64,000 nt of DNA from Amoebophrya sp. A120 (taxonomy: Eukaryota > Protista > Dinoflagellata). The notes below the pieces were generated by a model. It saw only the letters and a list, made by a program, of their open reading frames with translations, had not been told where the DNA came from and ran no database searches. Both the position numbers and the translations under genes were made by a program. Shown in pieces: positions 48,401 through 58,978 of this stretch; position 1 is the stretch's first letter; each line of letters starts with the position of its first letter. The DNA is taken from assembly GCA_905178155.1 (NCBI GenBank), contig CAJINV010000012.1, positions 1,988,492 to 2,052,491 on the forward strand, in the 5' to 3' direction.

Positions 48401-51400
48401 CAAATCAGGCACCGGCTGCAGCACATGCATATTCACCCTTGTCAACTACAAAATCTTGTGACCTGCTCCCAATTGCAATTTGCACTACCAACAGAAGTCC
48501 GACACTTTTTTTTCCGGATCATATCCTTCTCGATCCACAAATTAGCCTTTTCCATCACTTTCCGCGGTTCGTCCATCAGAATGTTCAGTTTTTTGCAACC
48601 CGTAAACGCTTTCGTAACTTCGTCGAAACTCACCGTCGCTGCGTGCAACTTTTCCTCCAGCGCGTCCAGTGCAAGCTGCTTCGGCTCCTCGACCTTCAGT
48701 AGCTGCTCCGCCTGACTGACATCGCCCCCACAGAGTTTCAACCCGGCAATGGCTGATTTCAATTTTTCAATGTTCAGCGGCTTCGTCTGCAGCACGAGAT
48801 TCAACATGCTCTCTGCCTTCTGTTTGTTCTATCCTGTGCAAAAGTATCGCACTCCCACTCGTATTGCAATCATGCATTACAAATCCCTGTTCCTACCTAA
48901 GCAGGTAATTCCGCATTACAAACTTCATTTCTCATCATGCTGAGGAAATTTGTAATGCATTTATATTAGGGGTGAAAAAAATCCATTCCGAGCCCGGTTC
49001 CCAAAATGTTTGCTGAAGTAATTCTTGCAAGGGATGAAAAGTCGATAGGGCCCCGCTTCGCATTCGAGGAGCAAAGCCAAGCACTTTGCGCGATCTGTGT
49101 GCGCGAGCTGTTGCAATGCGGTTGGCGAGACCGTACTCATATCACAGCTTCACTTTGCATGCCGTCGCCGATGCTGTGGCTGTAGTTTGTAAAGCGCCCC
49201 CCGTCGAGCATCAAAAAACACGAGCTGCGACCATTTTGACAGCCTTTTCCTACCTTTCACCGTTTCGCGTACATTTGCAGGTATTCAATTTTCTGCGCAA
49301 ATTTGTTTGCTCTACTCCTTCAGCGGTGTCCGACAGAAGTCCGGAAAACGCCGAATCCTATTGGAAATTTGTTTGTTGGACCCACTTGTGGGACTAGTTC
49401 AATTCTTTCAAACTTCAGCTGAAGCTCAAATTTGACTTAAAGCTTCAAGTCAAATTTGAACTTCAACTGAAGTTTGAAAGAAATTTGCAAGCTCTGCAAG
49501 TCACAGAGTGTTGCGAAAGAGCGGGAAACGATGATAAAACGCTCCCAGCTCCTTTTCCGCCCCGAAAGGCGCACGATCACAAATGAAGGTCCGCAAAAAG
49601 GTTCAAAAAATCAAATCGCTACTTTGCAGCGCGAACGCGCTCACGGAGCCGAGCGTCACAAACTGCTGCTCGTGTCTTCTTGCGCAGATGCCTTTTTTCT
49701 GGCCAGGCTTCAAACATTTTGGGAGCCGTTGAGCGGATGGATTTTTTTGAGCCTTAATTATACGCGTGCGTGTGCGATACATCTTTTGCAAAGCATATGT
49801 TCTGAAACGCGTCAATTTTGTCCAGAAATTCCCGTTTATCCGGATCCTCCTTCTCCAATTTCTCTACTTCCTGCTGCAGCTCCTGCACCTTCGTATGAAC
49901 TGCAAAAGTATCGTACTCGTATAAATGCATTACAAATTTCCTCAGCATGAGAGATAAAATCTGTAATGCGGATTAACCTTAAGAAAAGGATTTGTAATGC
50001 ATGACTGCAATACGAGTACGATACTTTTGCACAGGATACTTCGCTTGCGCACACAGCTCCTCCAGTTTCGCGCGCTTCGCCATCCGGGCCTTCGCCTGGT
50101 CGTACACCTCTTTCACGTGCTTCATCGCGTTCGCCGTTCCGCCCTGGGAGGAGGAGGGCGAAGTTGTTGTACCTCCACCCGTATGAATTGCAAAAGTATC
50201 GTACTCGTATAAATGCATTACAAATTTCCTCAACATGAGAGATAAAATTTGTAATGCGAATTTCCCTTAAGAACAAGGTTTGTAATGCATGACTGCAATA
50301 CGAGTACGATACTTTTGCACAGGATAACCCGTAGCCTGTTGCACCAGGTCGAACGCTTTCAAATTTTCCGCTTTCCGCACCACTTGTTCGAACTTCTGGA
50401 ACAGTGATTTCAGATTCTCTATCCACTGCAAATATGTCTGGGTCTGGAAGATGTCATGCTGGGAAACTAAGGGCAGGGCGTCCCTTTGTAAATTACGTCG
50501 ACAAACTCTTAACCGCGTACCCGGTAAACTCCAAAACAGAAATTTTGAACAGCGTGATTTCTACCGAGAGACAACAACCGAAACTCCTGGGACGGCTGCG
50601 ACGTGAGTAGGTTGTTATCTAGGTAGAAATAACTCTGTGCAAACTCCCTGTCTCAGCACCGAGGGAACCAAAATAAAAAGTAAAAGGGTCTGGAAGATGT
50701 CATGCATATTTTGCATGACCGATGATGCCTGCAATGCATGACCTAGCATTACAGATTTTCAGAGGGCTTCCTGATACGTATTTCGCATGAGAAATGCCCT
50801 CTCCGCGTAGCACTACCGGGACTTCTCTTCCTGGTCATGCAATACAGGTTTTCTTCGAATCGAAAGACAGCAACAGCATCACAAGTTGCAACCTTCCAGA
50901 CGTCCAGGGATATTTGCATTCGATATTCTCAGCGGACGACCCAGCACCCGTATCGTGCTCGAAGTCGTCACAGGCGTGGCAAGCTTCGTCGATGGCCGCG
51001 TGCAGTTCCCGAAGTTCTTTCAGCTTTTCTTGACACTCCACGTACACCGGGTCGCTTTCGATCTCGATCTCCTGTTCTGCCGCAGCCTTGGCGTGGGTGA
51101 GGGCCTGCTCAATCTTTTCGAAGTTGTTCGAAAGCAAGGCCTGCTTCAGTTTTTCGACCAACGCCTCTTTGCTGTTGTCCTCCGCAGAAATTTCGATGTC
51201 GTCCCCAAAATCGTCGTGGTCTCGCAGCGACTTCCGGGAGTGCCTCGCCGCGGTCTTCCCCTTGGAGGTTTTCGCGGCGGCGGCCTTGGATTTCGACTTC
51301 GGAACGGACGGTTTTTCGCCCTTCGGCTTGATTTTCGTCTTCTTGGCCACCGCCGTCGCCTCGTCCACATCAGTGGAAGATTTGTCATCCTCGGCAGCGA

Positions 51401-54400
51401 GGGACCCGTTGGAAGATTTCAGACTGCTGCCACTTTTCGGCGCTTTCTTCTTCGGCGCGACCTTCTTCACAATTTTCTTCTTCACCGTTTTCGTGGATTT
51501 CGGCTCTGCCGGGCCTTTGCCCTCCGGGTCGTCCTCATCGTTCGCGTTTAATCCATCCTCGCCAGTCGTGCTTGTAAGCGCCTTGGCCCCGGATTTCTTC
51601 TTCGGCAGGGCTTTTGTTTTCTTAGTTGTGCCTGCGGTCTTCTTCGCACCGGAAGAAGTCGTCGTTCCCGCCTTCTTCTTCGAGGTCGCCTTCTTTCCCC
51701 CCGACGTAGAACCCCCGCCGAGCGAGGGGATCTTTGGCACGTTACCGTCGGCGTCCAGGTATGCTAGGGAAAAGCATCTTGTTGTTTGCGAGTGTAGTAA
51801 AATTGGAATTATGCACCATGATAAGCGTCCTTCTTTTAGATACTTCTACTTGTTGAATCAGCTGCATTACCAATTGTCATGCTGGTGGTGCTGAGCAAAT
51901 TTGATCATCTGCACTTCACTACGTAGTTGCGCCAATGCTTTTGTTCCGATGCATACCATATCCTGTGCAAAAGTATCGTACTCGTATAAATGCATTACAA
52001 ATTTCGTCAGCATGAGAAATAAAATTTGTAATGCAGATTTCCCTTGGAAAAAAGATTTGTAATGCAAGACTTGCATTTGTACGAGTACGATACTTTTGCA
52101 CAGGATATACCAGGGCGAGCCCGTCGTTGTCTTCGAAAACTTCATCCTCCTCGTCAAAGTCCGGTTCGCAGGGGATATCAACTGCCAAAATTTCTGGGTC
52201 TGGAAACTTGTGATGCAAGAAAGGGAATAGTGAACTCACTATCTATAATGCGCTGCCAAGCATGACAAGTTTTTTCCATGGCTCTGAGTTGCGTCATCAA
52301 CATCATCATCATCATCATGCATGAGAAACTGCGTTTTTGCATGACAGGGAGGAGGAGCTCTTCGCGGTCATGGTGCGACACAGAGCTCAGAGTCATGCCA
52401 GACAAGCATGACAAATCTCGCAATCTCCCAGACCCAGAAAGTTTTGCATTTGATAGGGGACCATATCGGACAAATTAATGCCCTCCTCGTCCTCCTCTCC
52501 GTCCTCGCCGAACCGCGGGGAGCCCGGCACTTCGTACTCCTCAATCTCATACTCCTCTTCTTCGGCGTCCTCCACTTCCTCTCCTTCTGACACCGAGTAG
52601 CCCCCTATGCAAGAAAAAAACTGTGTAAAGAAGTGTAGCTTTGTGTTGCAGACGTTGCAATACAGTCACACTTGTCATGCTGGATGTGCATCAGAGGCTA
52701 TTTTCATGATACGTGTTTTCGCGTACAACTAGCTACGCATGACAGGTTTTCTCTGTTATGCAAAGCAAATCTGTGATGCTGTTCCTGCAAAAAAGTTACA
52801 CTTACACACCTTTTTCTTGGATACCCCCATCCCTCTCGTCAATGAAGTCGCAGAGCTCCTGGCCCCACGGCGTCTGCGGCACGTCAAGGCCGGCGTGGTA
52901 CAGAATGGCGCCTATGCATGGCAAATATGTTTGGGTCTGGAAGGACGCGAACTTGCCATGCTAACTCTGGATAGTACGAAAAATTTTTGTTGCATGATTA
53001 CCACAGGTGTCTCCACTTTTGAAAAAGTTTAGCGGCAGTTTGTCATGCAGGATAGACATGATAAGTAGAGACTTCGTGCCAGAACCTGTCATGCTAGGTG
53101 GTCCTGGATTGCATACCTCATGGGGCATGGAAAATACGCGCGACAAGTTTGCATTCTTCCAGACCCAGACATATTTGCAGTGAATAGTACCCATCTTCAT
53201 GTCATTCCGGTACTCCGCATAGCCCATCGCGTTGTGCGACTCGTAGTCCTTGTTTTCCAAAAAAGATTTTTCGTCCAGCTCCTGCGATTGGACGAAGTTG
53301 ATCAGCTTCTGGGCAATGTTGCGGTCCCCAACGTCAACGGACACCATCAGGGGGGTCACTCCGTGCGAATCAGCCGCGTTAATCCTCTATGCAGTGTTCG
53401 GGCACGACAATCATGATGACGCGCCATCAATTTCGTAGTGGTCATGCGGCAGATAATGAAGCAGGTGCTTCGATGCTACAAATAAATGCGAAGACATCCT
53501 CAACAAGACAAGTACCCAACAACATCTCGCTTACTGTATATGAATCTGTCCTTATAATTTGCTCATGCTCTTTCTTTCGCAATACAAATGTGGATCGTGA
53601 CCTCGTTGAACAAGGTGCTGCACATCATGATTGTCCCATTTTTCATTTTGCATACCATGGCGCCGAATTGCAGGAGCGCGGTGACCAACTCTGCCTGGGC
53701 GTTGTCGTGCTTCACGGCGGCGCGCATCTTGCTGTTTTTGCGGCAGCAGTGGTGCAGGGCGGTCAGGTTGGAGTCGTCCCTCGCGTTGATTTGGATGAAG
53801 GGATTCTTCAGTAAGAAGTGCACCACCTCCGCCTGCCCGAAGCCGCAGGCGTACATCAACAGCGTGCGCCATCGGCTGTCGCGCACATTCGGGGACAAGA
53901 GTTCCGAACTGGACGACCGGTACTCGTCGTCGTTTAAGTATTGCGAGGAAAAATCCCCCCTCCCCATAGCTAAGACAAAATTTGTGCTGCTGTATTTGAC
54001 TTACACAAGTCCTCGCCTTGTATTGCTAGAAGGCGAAGAAACGCAGTTGCTCCCTCGATTGCAGGCAATTTGTCATGCTGTTTCCCGTTTCCAGTTTCTT
54101 CCTGTCATGCTGAAGACGCAAGGCTTTCCTACGCCAGCCAGCACTACAGTCCGCATCTCTTCCCTTCTAGCATGACAAACAAATCATGCTACAAAAATCT
54201 CCCTTTGAGTACTATGGGGAGGGGGGATTTTTCCTTTTGATATCAAGTATTGCTCGGTTTTCCACTGCTCCTCGGTGCCGAGGTATTCCCGCAACGTTTG
54301 CACATCCCCGTCCCGGGCTGCCAGCAGGGCCTTTTTCACCTTATTCAGGTACTCCGGGGAGTGCGTGTGCTGGTGTATGGATGTGTCAGGTTTGAAATCT

Positions 54401-54712
54401 TCAAAGTTGAAATAATTTGTAATGCATAAAGTGCATGACCCGGGGTACGTGTGTTGCAGAGCAGGCAAGTGAGGCCGATTGTGAGCCTGTTTGGGGTTAC
54501 AGCTCGAGCTGCTAGAGTAGCATGAGAAAATCGCTCTTCTTTGCCTAAACAGCATGACAAACTGGATTCAGGGACCACCGAAATTTGTCACTGGCATCCA
54601 TTTTATGCATGACAAATTATTTCAACTTTGTCGATTTCAACTCTGACACATCCATATGGTGAGTGCTGGTCGTGCCGGAGGATGCTGGGGTGGTGGAATC
54701 TTGATCGGGCAT
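45446..54712 (-). CDS. Kinesin-14-type protein: N-terminal ankyrin repeats, K/E-rich and coiled-coil middle, C-terminal motor
   Basis: Neck RKKKLHNHVEDLKGSIRVFVRVRP, P-loop YGQTGAGKT, switch I NSESSRSH, switch II DLAGCER, VPYRNHSLTQLMQDSLGG; ankyrin motifs RTLLMYAC, LTALHHCC, GVTPLM. ATG at 54712. 16 introners. Confidence 0.88.
45937..46207. mobile_element. Introner element, family B
   Basis: TATCAAATGCAAATATGTCTGGGTC ... GACCCAGACATATTTGCACTCCATA; DR CTGTT. Confidence 0.92.
46271..46498. mobile_element. Introner element, family E-like
   Basis: TATCGCAAAGAAAAAAGTGTTACAGT ... ACTGTAACACTTTTTTCTATACCATA; DR TTCTC. Confidence 0.9.
46578..46792. mobile_element. Introner element (degenerate TIR)
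   Basis: TATCGTACGAAAAAA ... TTTTTTCTTGTGATA; DR ATCCG. Confidence 0.85.
46993..47260. mobile_element. Introner element, family B (reverse orientation)
   Basis: TATCAAATGTAAACATGTCTG ... CAGACATATTTGCAATGCATA; DR TCCGT; removal restores FDGY-NVTIFAYGQTG. Confidence 0.93.
48297..48523. mobile_element. Degenerate introner element
   Basis: TATG...CATA termini; DR TCCAT/TCCTT; interrupts a coiled-coil exon. Confidence 0.6.
48966..49757. mobile_element. 792-bp MITE-like element nested in an introner
   Basis: Imperfect TIR of about 45 bp (TTAGGGGTGAAAAAAATCCAT..CCCAAAATGTTTG vs reverse complement TTAAGGCTCAAAAAAATCCAT..CCCAAAATGTTTG); TSD TTATA; removal restores the family A sequence GCATTTATACG. 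Confidence 0.88.
49403..49482. repeat. 80-bp spacerless palindrome
   Basis: TTCTTTCAAACTTCAGCTGAAGCTCAAATTTGACTTAAAG|CTTCAAGTCAAATTTGAACTTCAACTGAAGTTTGAAAGAA; 37 of 40 positions pair. Confidence 0.92.
49894..50038. mobile_element. Introner element, family A (reverse orientation)
   Basis: TATGAACTGCAAAAGTATCG ... CGATACTTTTGCACAGGATA; DR CTTCG. Confidence 0.93.
50182..50326. mobile_element. Introner element, family A (near-identical to 49894-50038)
   Basis: TATGAATTGCAAAAGTATCG ... CACAGGATA; DR ACCCG; same 145-bp length as its neighbour. Confidence 0.93.
50420..50925. mobile_element. Introner element, family B, carrying a nested insertion
   Basis: TATCCACTGCAAATATGTCTGG ... CCAGGGATATTTGCATTCGATA; DR TTCTC. 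Confidence 0.88.
50460..50685 (+). mobile_element. 226-bp retroposon-like insert (SINE or 5'-truncated LINE)
   Basis: Flanked by a perfect 20-bp duplication GGGTCTGGAAGATGTCATGC (50440-50459, 50686-50705); A-rich 3' tail AAAATAAAAAGTAAAA; no TIR. Confidence 0.75.
51959..52107. mobile_element. Introner element, family A
   Basis: TIR TATCCTGTGCAAAAGTATCGTACTCGTA on both ends; DR TACCA. Confidence 0.93.
52176..52455. mobile_element. Introner element, family B-like
   Basis: TATCAACTGCCAAAATTTCTGGGTCTGG ... CCAGACCCAGAAAGTTTTGCATTTGATA; DR GGGGA. Confidence 0.9.
52606..52823. mobile_element. Introner element, family E
   Basis: TATGCAAGAAAAAAA ... TTTTTCTTGGATA; DR CCCCC. Confidence 0.9.
52913..53186. 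mobile_element. Introner element, family B
   Basis: TATGCATGGCAAATATGTTTGGGTCTGGAAG ... CTTCCAGACCCAGACATATTTGCAGTGAATA; DR decayed (GCGCC/GTACC). Confidence 0.85.
53388..53654. mobile_element. Degenerate introner, now compatible with GT-AG splicing
   Basis: TATGCA..GACAATCATGATG / CATCATGATTGTC..TGCATA; on the minus strand it reads GTATGC...CATAG. Confidence 0.7.
53939..54242. mobile_element. Introner element (family C-like purine/pyrimidine TIR)
   Basis: TATTGCGAGGAAAAATCCCCCCTCCCCATAG ... CTATGGGGAGGGGGGATTTTTCCTTTTGATA; DR TTAAG/TCAAG. Confidence 0.88.
54376..54656. mobile_element. Introner element (singleton, long TIR)
   Basis: TATGGATGTGTCAG..AAAGTTGAAATAATTTGT ... CTGACACATCCATA; DR TGGTG. 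Confidence 0.92.
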
Positions 54713-55622
54713 CTTTTTATGTATGGTTTAGGCTTTCTGATTCTGCTTACCCCTGCAACGTAAATGTTAACGTACGTCAAAAAAGTTCGTATCGATAGTG
54801 TGGCTGCGATGCTGGGCTGGGGTGCAATAAACAAAACAGAGAGTGAGTGAGTATGTAAATACAACTACGCTACTAGAAAATCTACGTGATAATTTTCAAT
54901 GGGGAGGGGTACTAAATATTGCGCTGATAAGTTGTCGCTACATGGTTTGTTCACTGTATGTGTTGATGTATACGAATGGTGGCGCACGAGCAGACACTGC
55001 AAACAATCAAGAACCGGAAGGCCAAAACGACTCTGAAAAATACGACGACCACACCACCGAAAGCTAAGGAATGATGTCCACAACCGAAAAGCAACGTACT
55101 TCATCTGCGGTCGTCGTTTGTCAAGCAACCATTGCGCGTTTCTTTGGGCTGAAAGAACGATGGACCGAATCAACAATACAGAGCGCCGTCGTCGCTTTGC
55201 ACTGCAGGAGTGCTGCGTCAGACCGAAGTTTACAGCTGCGCCGCGGACCGACATTTTTACGTGAGGGCGGGGCAATAAAACGACCGAATATGATGTCAGG
55301 TCTTTTCTTTGACTTTGTTAATGTTATCAACATCACGATTGAGAAGTCAGTCGTCTTTTCGTTTTCCGCAGGGGGTAGCGAAACGGGCAATTGAACGAGG
55401 AGCGCCACCGAAAAATATTGATTTTGTCACAATTTTCTTACATCTACTACCGGGGCCGCGATGAAACAATGTAGACGATGCTACGACGATGAGCAGTAGC
55501 GACGAACAGGTAAAAAATATCAAGTTTTAAATTAGGCAATTACGCTTGCAGTTTCGTGGCTGCAGAATGGCTTGCTTCATTTTGCATTTCATCGATCCTT
55601 AGGCCTACTTGGTAGAAAAACC

Positions 55623-58079
55623 TCATGGTGGAAACTGTTTCAACTTCCCTCTCTGGTCGAGAATCTGACGGAGTTCGCGAATCAATATTCTGGATTCGCT
55701 TTCGCTGTTCTTTTTGGCAGCATCAGAAGTTTGCAGCTTCTCCGCTGTTGTACGAAAATTACTTCGAAAAAAGTTCAAAGTCTCCACACTCTTCCCCTCA
55801 TCGGGCCGCAGGAGAAAGGTGATATTGTGGCGATGCTGAAAATTATAACTTTCGGACTCACTGCCACTGCAGCCTGTTGCGTCTTTATAATCAAACTCGA
55901 AGTTTATCCGATGCGGCAACGCGGTGAAGATTTTGTTGGTGAAAAGCTCCAGATAATCACCGATCCAGAGGGTAAGGATAATGCTCTTGGAGCTGTCAGC
56001 TTGACCTTGAGCTCCACGGAAGTCCGTGCCGACCAATAAATCCTGAATTTTTACCCAGGATTTTTCTCCTAGTTCCGCTTCGTTTTCCGAAGTGGTTGCA
56101 GAGCTCCTTGTTCTCTCGTGGTCCTCACCACCACTATCCTGTGCAAAAGTATCGTACTCGTATAAATGCAAGTAGTGCATTACGAATCTTGTTCCCAAGG
56201 CAAATCTGCATTACAAATTTTCTTTCTCATGCTGAGGAAATTTGTAATGCATTTATACGAGTGCGATACTTTTGCAATTCATAACCAGCAGGTAGTAGCA
56301 ACTCCAACCCCCTCCTGGCCAAAGACAAGGTCAAAAAGGTCGCGTCGGTATGGGCGGGGAACGAAACACCGGATGAAAGCGCGGAAGTTTTAGAACAAGG
56401 TGCTGCAGCTGCTTCTTGTGCTTCCACATTTTTATCGTATCTACTTTCTACTACAGGCGCTGGCTCGTCTTCATTTCTCGTTTCCACCTGCTCGGCATGA
56501 CAAACTCGGGGCTCGTACCTTGAGCATCGCAGCACGGACGCAGAAACGGAAAAGCTGTCCTCGTCTTTTTCATCGCACAGAAGTATGAACTGCAAAAGTA
56601 TCTATCGTACTCCTACTCGTATAAATGCATTACAAATTGAAATTCCCTCACCTCCATGAGAAATAAGATTTGTAATGCTGATTTGCCTTGGGAACAAGAT
56701 TTGTCATGTTGCAAGACTTGCATTTATACGAGTGCGATACATTTGCACTGGATAAGAAGCTCTGTGAAGCAATTTATTCTCCTGGTCGCGTGGTCCGCGT
56801 TTTTCCCACTACTTGAATTAGATTCAGACAACGCCTTCTCGCATGCTGACAGAGACGCAGCACAACAACAGCTCCCTTTACTTGTAGTTATTTCCCGTAC
56901 TTGAAGTAGACAACTCTCTTGCTGCTCCAACGTGCTGGCCGCGCAGAATTCAAAGATCCAATCCAGCGCCTCGGTCGCCAAATCGCGCAAAAAATTGTAG
57001 GAAAAACTTCCCAACGCGTGCTGCAACTTCGGCCGGATGCCAAGCGGAGTGTTTTTCAGATCAAGGAAATCCGCGTTGTGCCGTTTGGTGTAACCGCACT
57101 TCACAAGATTGCTCCACTTTTTCATAGAAGTAGACGGTTTTGCAGTCAGTGCAGTAGTTCTTGTTGAGGGTTCATCATTGAGAGAAGCTCTTGACGGCGG
57201 CGCGGCGGTCGCACGGCCGTGCGCATCGTTGTCCAGTCGCCTTCTTGGCGTGACGTGGTCATCCTTATTGCTGTCGCCAACTTCTTCCTCAAAGTAGCCT
57301 TGTAGGTTGCGCAGTTCGGTTATGAAGGCCTCAGAATGGAAATTCTCAAAGTGAAAATCATTTGTGATGCATGAAATGCGACACCAGAAAGACTGTATTG
57401 CAGAGAAATGCAGGTCGACTATTGTGCTTCCACGGGTTCAGAATTGGGCTGCTGACTAGCATGAGAGAAGGGCACCGCTTTGCCTAACTAGCATGACAGA
57501 CACGTAGGTTTGAGTGCCCGGAAAATTTGTCATGCGCCGACTAGAAATGGTGTTCCAACTGGAGTCGTTTCTTTGCATTACAAATTATTCTCACTTTGAG
57601 GATTTCCAACCTGAGGCTTTCATATCGGTGAAAAGTGCGGCAGAAGCTTCTGGGTCCGTCACTCGCAGGAGCACGTAGCTGTTCTGTTGAAGGAATGAAA
57701 GGCACTGCTGCCTGATTGAATTTTTGTCCTTACTACAGATGCTTGGATGATGAAGATTAAGATCTCCTATTAGTTCGCCCACACCAGGGGAGGCACCTCC
57801 TGCTCCAGTAGAATCACCCTTCTTCCGCACGTCAGAAAGATCGAAAATGGGCGGCGAAGTGTCGGCCGTTGACGAGGTTTTTGAACCGGGGAGAGTACCT
57901 CCTTGAATAGTATCGAAGTCATTTTTCTTCGTTTGGGTGAAGGCATTCCGCCCAGCAGGAGTTCGATCATCTACTTCACATGTTGGGGACAAGCAGGGGA
58001 CTACACCCGCAACGGCATCCCCATCTTTTACGCGATTGCATTTGCAGCGAACTACACCCGCCCGGCATATTGCAGACAT
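55623..58079 (-). CDS. 2OG-Fe(II) dioxygenase (isopenicillin N synthase-like fold)
   Basis: PAHTDATFLTL (HxD), WIGDYLELFTNKIFTALPHRI (distal His) and RHNITFLLRP; three introners. Confidence 0.8.
56135..56283. mobile_element. Introner element, family A
   Basis: TATCCTGTGCAAAAGTATCG ... CGATACTTTTGCAATTCATA; DR ACCAC/ACCAG. Confidence 0.9.
56584..56754. mobile_element. Introner element, family A (reverse orientation)
   Basis: TATGAACTGCAAAAGTATC ... GATACATTTGCACTGGATA; DR AGAAG. Confidence 0.9.
57321..57624. mobile_element. Introner element (singleton, TIR about 50 bp)
   Basis: TATGAAGGCCTCAGAATGGAAATTCTCAAAGTGA ... TCACTTTGAGGATTTCCAACCTGAGGCTTTCATA; DR TCGGT. Confidence 0.92.
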
Positions 58080-58978
58080 CCCTTTCGACGTTTTGGTAGA
58101 AGAGTCTTTCTTGCTGAGCCGTGAATGATTGCACCAGCAAATCAGTAGACTCTATAAATTTTTTCCTACTAGAAGAGATTGCGCCGTGCTAGTAGGAGAA
58201 GCTTGTCATCGTCAACCATCAGCACAACACGCAACAGGTGCACTCAAAACGATAAAAGTTATGCCCTTTGAAAAAGTGCACACCCAGCAGCAGCAGCAGC
58301 AGCATCTCGTGTTACAAATTATACATAGTTGGGACATAATCATCTTCAGGTTCAGGCATCATCGTCAGGCAGACTCCCTGCACTCATGGCGACACCCAGC
58401 ACTTCCTTTTTGCAACCATCAGTTACCAACAGACGATATTAGGTAGCAACAGCACCAAGCAAATCCGCTACCTATCACGATGACGATACTCGAATTACAT
58501 TTCACGCCCACACAGAACGTAGAAATAATACGGATGCCTGCTATGCATCTTCAGCCAGTACTCGCAGACTCAACTGCATTCCGCAGCTTCTCAGAGCAGG
58601 CCACAAGAACCGCGCCGGTGTCATTATCTCTTTGTTCTTTCTTTCGTCGCGGGTGTTCCTCCCTGTGCAGTATTCGTCTCACTTTTTGAATGCAGATCCT
58701 GTCGTGGCGTTTTCGCACAAAAACTACACCTCACAGCGATCATTTTTGCAGGCAAGGCAGGGTTCTCTTCATATCCCAGCATTTGCATTTGGCGTTTCGC
58801 ATCAAGGTCAAAGCTCATTGGTTTGATAGATTGTCCTGAGTGGAAGTAAAGTATTAAAACTGACGAGTGGTACGACGAAGAAGTTTGGAAATGAACAAAA
58901 TCAATGCTTCTATTTTCGTGGCTTTCGCTTTCTTTGGATGTTGTTGAGAGATCTACAACACAACTACCTTGCCTTTCA

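Larger units (their letters stand above)
48830..49797. mobile_element. Introner element, family A, carrying a nested TIR element
   Basis: TATCCTGTGCAAAAGTATCGCAC ... GTGCGATACATCTTTTGCAAAGCATA; DR TGTTC. Confidence 0.88.

Noticed and set aside
49894-50326. Palindromic repeats separated by short unique spacers resembling a CRISPR array
   Set aside because: The repeats are introner TIRs, the spacers are in-frame exons of variable length, and there are no cas genes.
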